Position numbers and translations under genes: made by a program
Notes under the pieces: model-generated
What the model was told of the DNA's origin: nothing
Seen by the model: the letters and a program-made list of their open reading frames with translations, nothing else
The model's database searches: none
IMG/VR virus record: IMGVR_UViG_3300025000_000064
Span: 59,606-123,605 of that record
DNA length: 64,000 nucleotides
Strand: one strand, 5' to 3'
Source of the DNA: a virus
Shown here: positions 28,463 through 37,788 of the stretch, in pieces
Layout of the letters: the number at the start of each line of letters is the position of its first letter
Position numbering within the stretch: the first letter of the stretch is position 1

Positions 28463-28522
28463 TATATGTTATTTTCCAGTCATTTGTTATAAAAATCTCA
28501 ACAAAATATATCAACTATTTTT

Positions 28523-28551
28523 AGTATAGCATTATGGTTTTTATTTGTCAA
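28523..28551 (-). promoter_or_regulatory. Sigma70-type promoter (leftward, extended -10)
   Basis: TTGACA-17 bp-TATACT preceded by TGc. Confidence 0.8.
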
Positions 28552-28624
28552 CATATTAAAAATATCATCAATAAAATAGCCAATAATATATATTATACTT
28601 ATAAGAATTATTCTAAGCGGTTAG

Positions 28625-28992
28625 TCTAATTAGAATAACACTAATTTAGAATAAAATATATAGATTAATACTTAACTTACAACATAACTTAATACATAGA
28701 ATAATACTTAACTATATTCTTAACTAAATAATAACTTAATATTTAACTATATTCTAATTAACTTACTACATATTAACTTACTTCTATTAACTGACTACAA
28801 TTTAACTTACTTCAATTAACTTATATCTAATTAGAATATTACAATATAACTTAATACATATTAACTAAATACAATAACTTATTACTTAACTTACTACTAA
28901 CTAAATACTTATTAGACTAATATATTAACTTAATACTAATTAGAATAATACTATATAGTATTATATATAAATGTTACCTATACAGGTAACAT
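28625..28992. repeat. Low-complexity iteron-like array with palindromes; candidate replication origin
   Basis: About 17 same-strand TAACT units at 11-15 bp spacing, 5 TAGAAT, then the palindrome AATACTATATAGTATT (28947-28962) and the hairpin ATGTTACCT-ATAC-AGGTAACAT (28971-28992). It lies between divergent replication operons. Confidence 0.6.
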
Positions 28993-29185
28993 ATAATTAT
29001 AGCATGTTTTTAGAAAAAGTTCCTAAAATTTTATTTATTTTAAAATAATCAAATTAACCCAATCCAAAAATAATTAAAATATGAGAATATTCCAAGGAGC
29101 GTAGCCCTCTTACTTAAAATTAGTAAGGGTTATGGAGGATAGTTGTTGTAACAATTATTAGTATAACAATTTAATTAAATATATA

Positions 29186-29214
29186 TTGACAAAGATTATG
29201 CGATGATATATACT
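29186..29214 (+). promoter_or_regulatory. Sigma70-type promoter (rightward)
   Basis: TTGACA-17 bp-TATACT upstream of the thymidine kinase gene. Confidence 0.85.
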
Positions 29215-29239
29215 TAAAATATAGTGAGTTGAGGTAAAT

Positions 29240-29812
29240 ATGATAATAACAATTGCAGGACCAGTCCATTCAGACAAGACAAGTATAATATGCGAGAGAA
29301 TAAACGACTATCTTTGTTCTGGGCATGATGTTAAACTTTTTTATCCAATCTTCTTAGAAAAAGAAGAAAAATATGTTATCAAGGGCAATGATTATAAAAC
29401 AAAGATTATTCCAATATCTGACTTAAAAGATATATTATCTCACATAACAAATTCAAATAAATTAATCATATTTATTGATGAATTTCAATTCTTTGATATA
29501 AAAAATTCTGATTATATCTTACAGGAATTGAGCGAAAGAGATGTCGAAGTTATAATATCTGGATTGGATATTAATTATTATGGAACAACATTTGCAAATA
29601 TGGAATTGGCTTTATCCTATTCTGACAAAGTTATAAAATTGAAAAATAACTGTGAAATATGTTCTTCAACAGAAGGCAGAAGAAGCATAAAATATGTTGA
29701 TGGCAAGCCCCAATTTGATGGAGATTTAATATCTTTGGAATCTGATAATGTTTCGTATATTTGTGCATGCAAAAGATGCTTTTATGAGAAATTAAATGAT
29801 GAACAAATATAA
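29240..29812 (+). CDS. tdk: Thymidine kinase (type II) with an atypical P-loop
   Basis: GPVHSDKTS, IFIDEFQFF, VIISGLD, CEIC and Y...CKRC zinc/lasso motifs. Confidence 0.8.
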   Translation: MIITIAGPVHSDKTSIICERINDYLCSGHDVKLFYPIFLEKEEKYVIKGNDYKTKIIPISDLKDILSHITNSNKLIIFIDEFQFFDIKNSDYILQELSERDVEVIISGLDINYYGTTFANMELALSYSDKVIKLKNNCEICSSTEGRRSIKYVDGKPQFDGDLISLESDNVSYICACKRCFYEKLNDEQI

Positions 29813-30206
29813 CAATACAATTTATAACGATTGCTTATTTGTTAAAGATGAGTTAATATATATCAATGAACAGCTTGATTCTTATGAAATATATTGCGAT
29901 AATCAAACAGAATTCTTTAAACATAATTTAAGAAGATTTGAGACCTCTTTTATCAGTAAAATAAGATATGAAATATGCGAAGATATTAATTATTTATATC
30001 GTTTTGAGAAACAATTAATTTATTGGATTTCTTACTTTGATTTCTTAAAACAACAAGACCAAGAAACAATTGATTCAAGTATATATATGATTTTATTTGG
30101 AAATTATATAAATTTAAACGAAGCTCTTAAAAAGACAAATCAATATCTTGTTCAAGTTAAAGAAATATTAAACATCTTAAACGAGTATCTAAAATATAAA
30201 ATATAG
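29796..30206 (+). CDS. Hypothetical protein
   Basis: 136-aa ORF overlapping tdk. Confidence 0.6.
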   Translation: MMNKYNNTIYNDCLFVKDELIYINEQLDSYEIYCDNQTEFFKHNLRRFETSFISKIRYEICEDINYLYRFEKQLIYWISYFDFLKQQDQETIDSSIYMILFGNYINLNEALKKTNQYLVQVKEILNILNEYLKYKI

Positions 30207-30324
30207 GAGAAGATATGTTTAATAATATAACAGATTTGGTATCTAAATGCAATTAAAAATAATGAAATAACAATTGAAGAAATAGTTTAATGTTTTGATA
30301 TAGAATTGAGAAAGGACTTATAAG

Positions 30325-30849
30325 ATGTTTAATATATTTAAAAAAAAGAAAAACAAGAATATTGTCCAAGAAATAAAAGAACCAAGCATTGAAGAAAAAG
30401 TTTACGATAGATTAACAGACTTGTGTTTAAAAATAAATGGATGTAATAGTTTTCATATGAAAGTGAAAACAAAATTAGGTAGTAGATTTTTAAAATACGA
30501 CAGTATAAAGGACTTCCATTCCAACTATCAAATATTAAGTTTCTTTGAAAATAAATTTGATAAAAATTATTTATTTGAAATTGCTTTTTATAAAAAAATC
30601 TCAGGAGATATTTTTGAAGAACCTATAATCTCTTATCATATTGATATTAAGCCAAACTTGGCGAGTAATCACAAAATGACAGAAGGAGAAATATTTAATT
30701 GCATATTAGAGTTAGAAGAAATAGCAGAAATAGAAAATAAAAAACTAAATATTTATTTAGAAACAATAAAAAAACTAGATGAACAACACAATAAATTAGT
30801 AAATAATTTTAAAAATAGATTTAATTATGGAATTAACAAGGAGAATTAA
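30325..30849 (+). CDS. Hypothetical protein
   Basis: 174-aa ORF with an AAGGA RBS. Confidence 0.6.
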   Translation: MFNIFKKKKNKNIVQEIKEPSIEEKVYDRLTDLCLKINGCNSFHMKVKTKLGSRFLKYDSIKDFHSNYQILSFFENKFDKNYLFEIAFYKKISGDIFEEPIISYHIDIKPNLASNHKMTEGEIFNCILELEEIAEIENKKLNIYLETIKKLDEQHNKLVNNFKNRFNYGINKEN

Positions 30850-30870
30850 ATAGAGAATAAAGCAAATTTT

Positions 30871-31179
30871 ATGAATAAATGCGAAGACAGCTATGTGCAA
30901 GAATATAATTGTGTTATAGAATTAAAGTCCCTTTGGGCGGATAAAAATATCTGTATAGATAGTTGCCTTTTAAAAGAAATAGAATATTTGTGGGGCAAAG
31001 GAATAGTTACAACAGGATGTTGTTGTGGAAAACATATTAATAGTCCAGAAAACAGTTCTTTTATAGGAGTAGAAGAAGATTTTATACCTTTAATGAAACA
31101 ATTGGGTTATCAAGTTAGATTTAACCCATGTAGAATAAATGACGAAGATAGTTTTGTGCCTAAATTTAGTTTGGAATAA
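30871..31179 (+). CDS. Phage hypothetical protein
   Basis: CIDSCL..EI..LW..GI.TTGCCCGKH pattern. Confidence 0.6.
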   Translation: MNKCEDSYVQEYNCVIELKSLWADKNICIDSCLLKEIEYLWGKGIVTTGCCCGKHINSPENSSFIGVEEDFIPLMKQLGYQVRFNPCRINDEDSFVPKFSLE

Positions 31180-31184
31180 ATATA

Positions 31185-32867
31185 ATGCAAAAAATAGAAA
31201 TAAATAAATCTGAGATTATAAAATTAAAATCAAATATTGACAACTTGGCTTTCTACTCTAAATATTTAAAGTTAAAAAAGATTGGAAAGAATTACTTTGC
31301 GAATTGTCCATTTCACCAAGAAAGAACTGCTTCATTCCAAATAAATATGGAAACAGGTTTTTATCGTTGCTATGGGTGTGGCGAGTCTTCTGATGTTATT
31401 GATTTCTATAAAAACATTGAAAATAAAACCTTTATTCAGTCTGTTTTGGATTTGGCAGAAGAATACAATATAAAACTAGAAATTGACGAGAAAGTAAAGG
31501 AATATATATCTTATAGAAAGAAACTATTCAATGCAAACAGATTGGTTTATAACATCTACAATAAAAATTTAAAAGAAAATAAAAATGTCTTGAAATATTT
31601 GTACAAAGATAGAAATTTATCTTTAACATCAATAAATAAATTTAAGCTTTGTGCTTCATCTTCTAATCAACTATCTAATATTGACCATTTGTATAAGCAG
31701 TATTTCAAAGATTTAAATCTGGTTATGGAGGGAGAAAACGGAAACGAGTTTGACTATTTTAGAACAGAGAGAGCTATATTTCCATTTGTTAATGAATATG
31801 GGCAGATAATAGGATTCTCGTCAAGAGCTTTGAATGACAAAGAAATGCCCAAATATCTTCACACAAAAGACTCTGAAATATTTTTAAAATCAGATGAAAT
31901 ATATGGTATACATCAAGCATTGGATTCAATAAAGAAAAAAGATTCTGTCATAATTGTTGAAGGATATATGGATTGCATAAGGTCGCATGAAAATGGATTT
32001 ACAAATACAGTTGCTTTGGCTGGGTTGAATATGTCAGAGAATGTTGCTAAAAAATTAGGCAAACTAACAAAAAACTTTTATATATGTTTAGACAATGATG
32101 AAGCAGGGCAGAATGCTTTAAAGAACATATATGATGCCCTAAAGAAGAATGCTACTTATCCAAACATAATGATTATAAAACTGCCAAAACCAAACAATGT
32201 AAAGAAGATGGACTTGGATGAATTTTTATCATATAACTCCTCAGATATGTTTAAATCTCTCATTAAAGGAGCTTTGTCTTATAATGAATTTATAATAAAT
32301 GAAACACTTAAAACATTTAACTATAAAACAATAGAAGATAAAAAGACATTAATTTATATGTTGAGAGAACACATAAGATGTATTCCAAACATAATTGATA
32401 GAAACCAATATATAACTTTAATAGCAAATAAGCTGTCAATTCCAGAAAATGATGTTTTCTTAATCATGAAAGATAGAACAAATTTAAAAGAAGTAAGTCA
32501 TGGCTCAAAAGAGAAGCAATATGTAACTGCACAAAAGCTATTATTAGCACTATTGTTTTCCTCTCATGATAAGCATTTTATATCAATATTATTTGACGAA
32601 TATGATATAAAAAATAATTTGAATAAAAACTATCGAGCTTTATATGGAGTAATATCTGAAAAAGTTTTCAATATGTTGACAGAGGATAAGATAACTGATA
32701 CAATTAATATTATATATTCGATGTTTAATGAGAACGAAACAGTAAAAAATATATTAGCAGATATAGTGTTTAAAGTCGAAGAAGTTGATGCTTATTCTCA
32801 AGAAGAACTAAAATTATTTGTGGAAGATTTGCAAATATGTTTAAAGAGACAAATAAAGAAAGATTGA
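31185..32867 (+). CDS. dnaG: DNA primase
   Basis: CPFH.ERTASF...CYGC zinc finger, PKYL, TOPRIM IIVEGYMD and LDNDEAG. Confidence 0.95.
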   Translation: MQKIEINKSEIIKLKSNIDNLAFYSKYLKLKKIGKNYFANCPFHQERTASFQINMETGFYRCYGCGESSDVIDFYKNIENKTFIQSVLDLAEEYNIKLEIDEKVKEYISYRKKLFNANRLVYNIYNKNLKENKNVLKYLYKDRNLSLTSINKFKLCASSSNQLSNIDHLYKQYFKDLNLVMEGENGNEFDYFRTERAIFPFVNEYGQIIGFSSRALNDKEMPKYLHTKDSEIFLKSDEIYGIHQALDSIKKKDSVIIVEGYMDCIRSHENGFTNTVALAGLNMSENVAKKLGKLTKNFYICLDNDEAGQNALKNIYDALKKNATYPNIMIIKLPKPNNVKKMDLDEFLSYNSSDMFKSLIKGALSYNEFIINETLKTFNYKTIEDKKTLIYMLREHIRCIPNIIDRNQYITLIANKLSIPENDVFLIMKDRTNLKEVSHGSKEKQYVTAQKLLLALLFSSHDKHFISILFDEYDIKNNLNKNYRALYGVISEKVFNMLTEDKITDTINIIYSMFNENETVKNILADIVFKVEEVDAYSQEELKLFVEDLQICLKRQIKKD

Positions 32868-32868
32868 T

Positions 32869-35604
32869 ATGATAACAATGGATAAAAATGAAATAATATT
32901 AACAAAGGAACAAAATAATATCTTGAAAACATTAAATAATGACCAAGAATATATTGTCATAAACGCTTTTGCTGGAGCATCAAAAGCACAACCACTATAT
33001 TCTAAAATATTAACCCCTAGTGGTTGGACAACAATGGGCAAAATAAAAATTAATGATGATATAATAGGCTCAGACGGCAATATATATCAAGTAGTTGGAG
33101 TTTATCCGCAGGGTGTAAAAAAAATAAATAGAGTAACATTCTCTGATGATTTTTATACTGATTGTTGTGATGAACACCTATGGTCTACCAAAACAGATAA
33201 AGAAAGATTCTACAAGAAACAACCAACCGTTAAAACAACTTTAGATTTAAAAAATACTCTATATGAGTCTAATAAAAATAAAACAAGAATTGTTAAAAAC
33301 CATTCTATAGAATGGTGTAAGCCTATTAATTTTCCAAAAAGGGAATTAAATATACATCCTTATGTATTGGGTATTATAATAGGAGATGGCTCTATTGATT
33401 CTAATGGCAATGTAATAATAACAAATCCAGAGATAGATGTAATGGATAAAGTTAAAAGATATTTACCAGAAAATATTTATTTGAAAACAAGAGATTATAA
33501 AGATAGATGTATAGCATATGGTATTAATTGTAATACCAGATACAACGTATTCAGTAAATATATAAAAGAATATGGGCTAAATGGTAAAAAAAGTTGGGAA
33601 AAATATATACCTGATGATTACATGCTATCCTCTGTAGAAGACAGACTTAATTTATTACAAGGATTAATAGATTCAGACGGATGCGTAAATAAAAATACTT
33701 CTAATGTTACATATACCACTACTTCTAAAAAATTAGCAGAAAATATTATAGATTTGGTTCAATCACTAGGGGGAAGAATAACAATTTCTGAAAAAATGGG
33801 GAAATATACTAAAAATAATATCACTAAAGAAACAAGAGTTTTTTATTCACTTAATATATTATTTTATAATAATATAATCCCTGTTTCATCAGAAAAACAC
33901 TTAAGTAGATTTGTAAAAGCAAAAAGACAATATGAAAGATATATTAAAAATATAGAACAAATAGGAGAAGAGGAGTGTCAATGTATAAGAGTAAACGCTC
34001 CAAATAGTCTATACATAACAGATAATTATATATTAACACATAACACCACTATTTGTATAGAATTAATTAAAGAAATGCTAAAAAATAATAACAGTAGTAA
34101 AATTCTTTACACATGCTTTAATAAGCTTATAATGGAAGAAGCCAAAAGTAAATTCAAAAGGTTAGGTCTGAATATAGAATGCAGGACTGCTCACTCTTTG
34201 GCCTTAAAAGAATTACAAAAAATAAAAAAAGTAGAATTAATATTTTATTTAGATTATGATTTCTTTAAGAAAAAGAAAAAAGATAAGAAATCAACCTTTA
34301 TTGGAGTAAAATATTTAATAGATAAATATACCTCATGCGATTTTAATATGGAAGAGTTCAAAACTATATCTTCAGATAATTTATACAAAGACAATAAGAT
34401 AACAGCATATGAAAATAGAGATATTGACGAATTTGAAAATATATATAATTTATTAATAAAAGAAAATAAATATATGCACAATATGTATTTAAAAGAATTT
34501 GCTTTATTAAATACTTCCATAGAAGAATTCGACTATGTGCTAGTTGATGAGTCTCAAGATTTGGACACAGCAATGCTTTCTATTCTTAAAAACATGAAGT
34601 GTAAGAAAAAATACATAGTTGGAGATTCTTTTCAAACAATATATGCTTCATTTAGAGATACGGTAAACGCTTTAGATATTTTAGCAGAAGAAGACAAGTC
34701 CAATGTTTATCCATTATCTAAAAGCTTTAGGTTTCATGACGATATAGCAGAATTGGCAAATGTCATTTTAGAAGGAAGTGGCTCTGTATTAAAATTAAAA
34801 GGTAATGGCAAAAATAAAAATAAAAACGTATGTGATAAAAATATAACTGTCTTATTTAGAAGTAATTTTGGGATATTAAATTGGGCATGCAAACGGCTAA
34901 AATTAGAAAAAAATATAAAGTTTAATTTCAATGGGATAAGTGATGGCAAATCCGCAAAAGATTTTAATGAATTGTATTACGATTTTATTAGCTTGCTAAA
35001 ATTAATGTCACAAGACAAGAAAGACAAATATTTTGAATCAGAGCTAGATAGGTTTTTTCCAGTTCTAAAACTGTCTCCCAGAGTTCTTAAAATGAAAAAG
35101 ATAGCTTCTGAAGAAAAGAAATCATTATCTGGATACCTTAGAGAACAATGCGAAAAGAATGTAATGCTAGACCAAGACTTAGTAAATTATTGGAAGTTTG
35201 CAGAGGTAACATGGGTAGATTTAATAAACAAACTAAGGAGTTTAGAAAATTCCCAATATGTAAAAAATCCAGATAAGATTTATACTCTTTATACAACACA
35301 TAAGGCAAAAGGGTGTGAGTGGGATAATGTGATAATAGCTGAAGATTGTTGGTATAGCCATGAATATGGTGTTGATGATGAAGATTACAAACAGGAAGCT
35401 ATGAATATTATATATGTGGCATTGACTAGGAGCAAAGAGAAATTAACTATAGAATCAGAAATAATTAATGATTTATTAAACATAGAAGGCGAAACAGAGC
35501 TGAATGACTTCTTTTCTTCGGGAGATTCTTTTACATCTGTTGAATTAGAAGATGGAACAATTGAAGATGATTATTTAGAAACAGAAGAAACATGGGGAGA
35601 ATAA
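32869..35604 (+). CDS. UvrD/Rep-like SF1 helicase carrying an intein
   Basis: AFAGASK/TT Walker A split by the intein, LVDESQD, VGDSFQTIY, LSKSFRF, TTHKAKGCEWDNV and YVALTRSK. Confidence 0.9.
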   Translation: MITMDKNEIILTKEQNNILKTLNNDQEYIVINAFAGASKAQPLYSKILTPSGWTTMGKIKINDDIIGSDGNIYQVVGVYPQGVKKINRVTFSDDFYTDCCDEHLWSTKTDKERFYKKQPTVKTTLDLKNTLYESNKNKTRIVKNHSIEWCKPINFPKRELNIHPYVLGIIIGDGSIDSNGNVIITNPEIDVMDKVKRYLPENIYLKTRDYKDRCIAYGINCNTRYNVFSKYIKEYGLNGKKSWEKYIPDDYMLSSVEDRLNLLQGLIDSDGCVNKNTSNVTYTTTSKKLAENIIDLVQSLGGRITISEKMGKYTKNNITKETRVFYSLNILFYNNIIPVSSEKHLSRFVKAKRQYERYIKNIEQIGEEECQCIRVNAPNSLYITDNYILTHNTTICIELIKEMLKNNNSSKILYTCFNKLIMEEAKSKFKRLGLNIECRTAHSLALKELQKIKKVELIFYLDYDFFKKKKKDKKSTFIGVKYLIDKYTSCDFNMEEFKTISSDNLYKDNKITAYENRDIDEFENIYNLLIKENKYMHNMYLKEFALLNTSIEEFDYVLVDESQDLDTAMLSILKNMKCKKKYIVGDSFQTIYASFRDTVNALDILAEEDKSNVYPLSKSFRFHDDIAELANVILEGSGSVLKLKGNGKNKNKNVCDKNITVLFRSNFGILNWACKRLKLEKNIKFNFNGISDGKSAKDFNELYYDFISLLKLMSQDKKDKYFESELDRFFPVLKLSPRVLKMKKIASEEKKSLSGYLREQCEKNVMLDQDLVNYWKFAEVTWVDLINKLRSLENSQYVKNPDKIYTLYTTHKAKGCEWDNVIIAEDCWYSHEYGVDDEDYKQEAMNIIYVALTRSKEKLTIESEIINDLLNIEGETELNDFFSSGDSFTSVELEDGTIEDDYLETEETWGE
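32986..34044 (+). mobile_element. Class-3 intein (353 aa) with a LAGLIDADG homing endonuclease
   Basis: Starts Ala (AQPLYSKI), block B HLW, block F CQCIRV, ends LTHN before Thr; LAGLIDADG motifs LGIIIGDG and LQGLIDSDG. Confidence 0.9.
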
Positions 35605-35605
35605 A

Positions 35606-35812
35606 ATGAATTATATTAAAAAAATATTATTGATAGCTAAAATATTCACACCCAATAAAAATATAGAATTAAAAGAGCTTTTTATGACAACGCTGATAAC
35701 ATCTTTAACAAAACAAAATCCAAATATTGCTAAAATAGAAGCACATATAACTGTTGCAATTTTAGATGAAGTTTTTGAGCAAGTATTAGAATATGCAGAA
35801 GGCAAACAATAA
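35606..35812 (+). CDS. Small hypothetical protein
   Basis: Coupled to the methylase gene. Confidence 0.5.
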   Translation: MNYIKKILLIAKIFTPNKNIELKELFMTTLITSLTKQNPNIAKIEAHITVAILDEVFEQVLEYAEGKQ

Positions 35813-36684
35813 TGAATAATAAAATTAATGCAATGCTTTTGTTTGATGGAATATCATGTTCCCAAGTTTCTTTTAAGAAACTTGGGATAGTTACCGACAA
35901 ATGCTATGCTTCCGAAATAAAGAAACATGCTATAACTGTAACACAACATCATTTTCCTGATACTATTCAGATAGGAGATATAAATAATATTGATTTTAAT
36001 TTATATAAAAATATATTTATATTAATGGGAGGAAGCCCATGTCAAGACTTAAGTAGATTAAAAGTCGGAGAAGATAGAAAAGGATTACAGGGCGAAAAAT
36101 CCTCTTTGTTTTTTAAATACATAGAGGCCTTACATACAATAAAGCCAAAATACTTTTTATTAGAAAATGTTATAATGGATAAAGACAATGAAGACATCAT
36201 TAGTGATTTACTAGGCGTTAAACCCATAAGGATAAATTCAAATTTAGTAAGTTTCCAAAATAGAGACAGGTTATATTGGACAAATATTCCAAATGTTACA
36301 ATTCCAAAAGATAAAAATATATCATTTCAAGATTTTAAAGATACCGATTATGAGTATTGTAAAAAATTTAAAGTCAACAAAACTCCAAGTAGAATAAAAA
36401 TGTATGAAAAGCAATGCCCAAATGTAACATATAGAGATAAAATTAATTGCTTGACATGTAAGCAAGATAGACGGAACAATAGTGGATTAATAGATTTTGA
36501 GGATTTTTGTAGATATTTGACAACTAGAGAACTTGAGTTAGCACAGACTATTCCCATTGGATATACAAGCATGTTAACAAAAACACAATCTGAAAATGTA
36601 CTTGGTGATTGTTGGACTGTTGATGTAATAACTCATATATTAAAGTGTATTCCAGAATTAAAGGATATAATAAATGAACAATAA
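35812..36684 (+). CDS. DNA (cytosine-5) methyltransferase
   Basis: LFDGISC, GDI, GGSPCQD, LLENV and QNRDRLY. Confidence 0.92.
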   Translation: MNNKINAMLLFDGISCSQVSFKKLGIVTDKCYASEIKKHAITVTQHHFPDTIQIGDINNIDFNLYKNIFILMGGSPCQDLSRLKVGEDRKGLQGEKSSLFFKYIEALHTIKPKYFLLENVIMDKDNEDIISDLLGVKPIRINSNLVSFQNRDRLYWTNIPNVTIPKDKNISFQDFKDTDYEYCKKFKVNKTPSRIKMYEKQCPNVTYRDKINCLTCKQDRRNNSGLIDFEDFCRYLTTRELELAQTIPIGYTSMLTKTQSENVLGDCWTVDVITHILKCIPELKDIINEQ

Positions 36685-37654
36685 TTGGGAAACAGAAGAA
36701 GAAAATACAAACATTCTGATGGTCTGCAACACAGTTAAATCTAGAGATGCCGACAATCCAGAAACAATAAAGAGATATTTTACAATATACGAAAGAGATA
36801 AAACTAGTTTCTTGCAATTGTTTTCTCCTCTTGATTATTTTGATGATTGGGCATTTAGAATAATTGAAGATAAATACGAATTAAAAGACATCATTGTGAA
36901 TAACTTTCTTTCAACAAATAGAACAGAAGAATATGATAAGAAATTTACTTCTGTGAGCAGAATTAGTAATGATTTAACTCCAATGTCTCCTTCCAATAAA
37001 GGCTTGATATATTGGATGAAGGGGCAAACATTGGAATCATATCGAGAGCAAGAGCTGTTAAATAAATCAGCTCAAAATAAAGGAAATGACCTACATCTTG
37101 CGTTGGAAAGAGTTTTATGCGATAATAAACATGTATCAATAAAAGAAAAAAATATAGAAGAATATGTTAAAGATTTAGAACATAAAGACTTGTGCATTGA
37201 GGCTTTAACAAAAGCAAAACAGTATAAATGCAAAGAATCAAAAAATTATATAAAAGATGTTCTTTATCATTCAGACACAATATATTCAGAAATATTTGTT
37301 AAATCAAAAAAGTTAGAACTTCAAGGTTGCATAGATTGCCTTTGTTTCTACAAAAACAACCTTTACATATCTGATTTTAAGACCACATCAAAAATAAATA
37401 AAGCAACTGGAAAGAGAGTATTCAAATCACCAAATGATTTAGCTAATTATCAAAGACAAATATGCCTATACGGAATATTATTAGAGGAAGAGCAAATAAT
37501 AAGAAATATAAATGAATTACAATATATGTTAAATGTCTTTCATATGGTAGAACCAGAATACAGAATATATCATTTTGAACAAGAACATATCTTGGGTTTA
37601 AGAAAAGAAATTTTTAGAGTTGTAGATTGGTTTAATAACGCAAAAGGAGTATAA
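36674..37654 (+). CDS. PD-(D/E)XK exonuclease-like protein
   Basis: GNDLH, SEIFV, GCIDC, SDFKT and YQRQICLY. Confidence 0.8.
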   Translation: MNNNWETEEENTNILMVCNTVKSRDADNPETIKRYFTIYERDKTSFLQLFSPLDYFDDWAFRIIEDKYELKDIIVNNFLSTNRTEEYDKKFTSVSRISNDLTPMSPSNKGLIYWMKGQTLESYREQELLNKSAQNKGNDLHLALERVLCDNKHVSIKEKNIEEYVKDLEHKDLCIEALTKAKQYKCKESKNYIKDVLYHSDTIYSEIFVKSKKLELQGCIDCLCFYKNNLYISDFKTTSKINKATGKRVFKSPNDLANYQRQICLYGILLEEEQIIRNINELQYMLNVFHMVEPEYRIYHFEQEHILGLRKEIFRVVDWFNNAKGV

Positions 37655-37788
37655 ATGAATAAAGTTTTAGAGTTTAAAGAATTACTAATAAAGTTAATAG
37701 AATCTGGAAATACAAATTGCGGAAGAAATCAGGTAATAGACAAAATAAATACCGCTTTTGAGACTTATAAAATAATGGAGAATAAATA

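Noticed and set aside
28625-28970. Repeat array as a CRISPR array
   Set aside because: The units are 5-9 bp at 11-15 bp spacing, with no 23-47 bp repeats or unique spacers and no cas genes.
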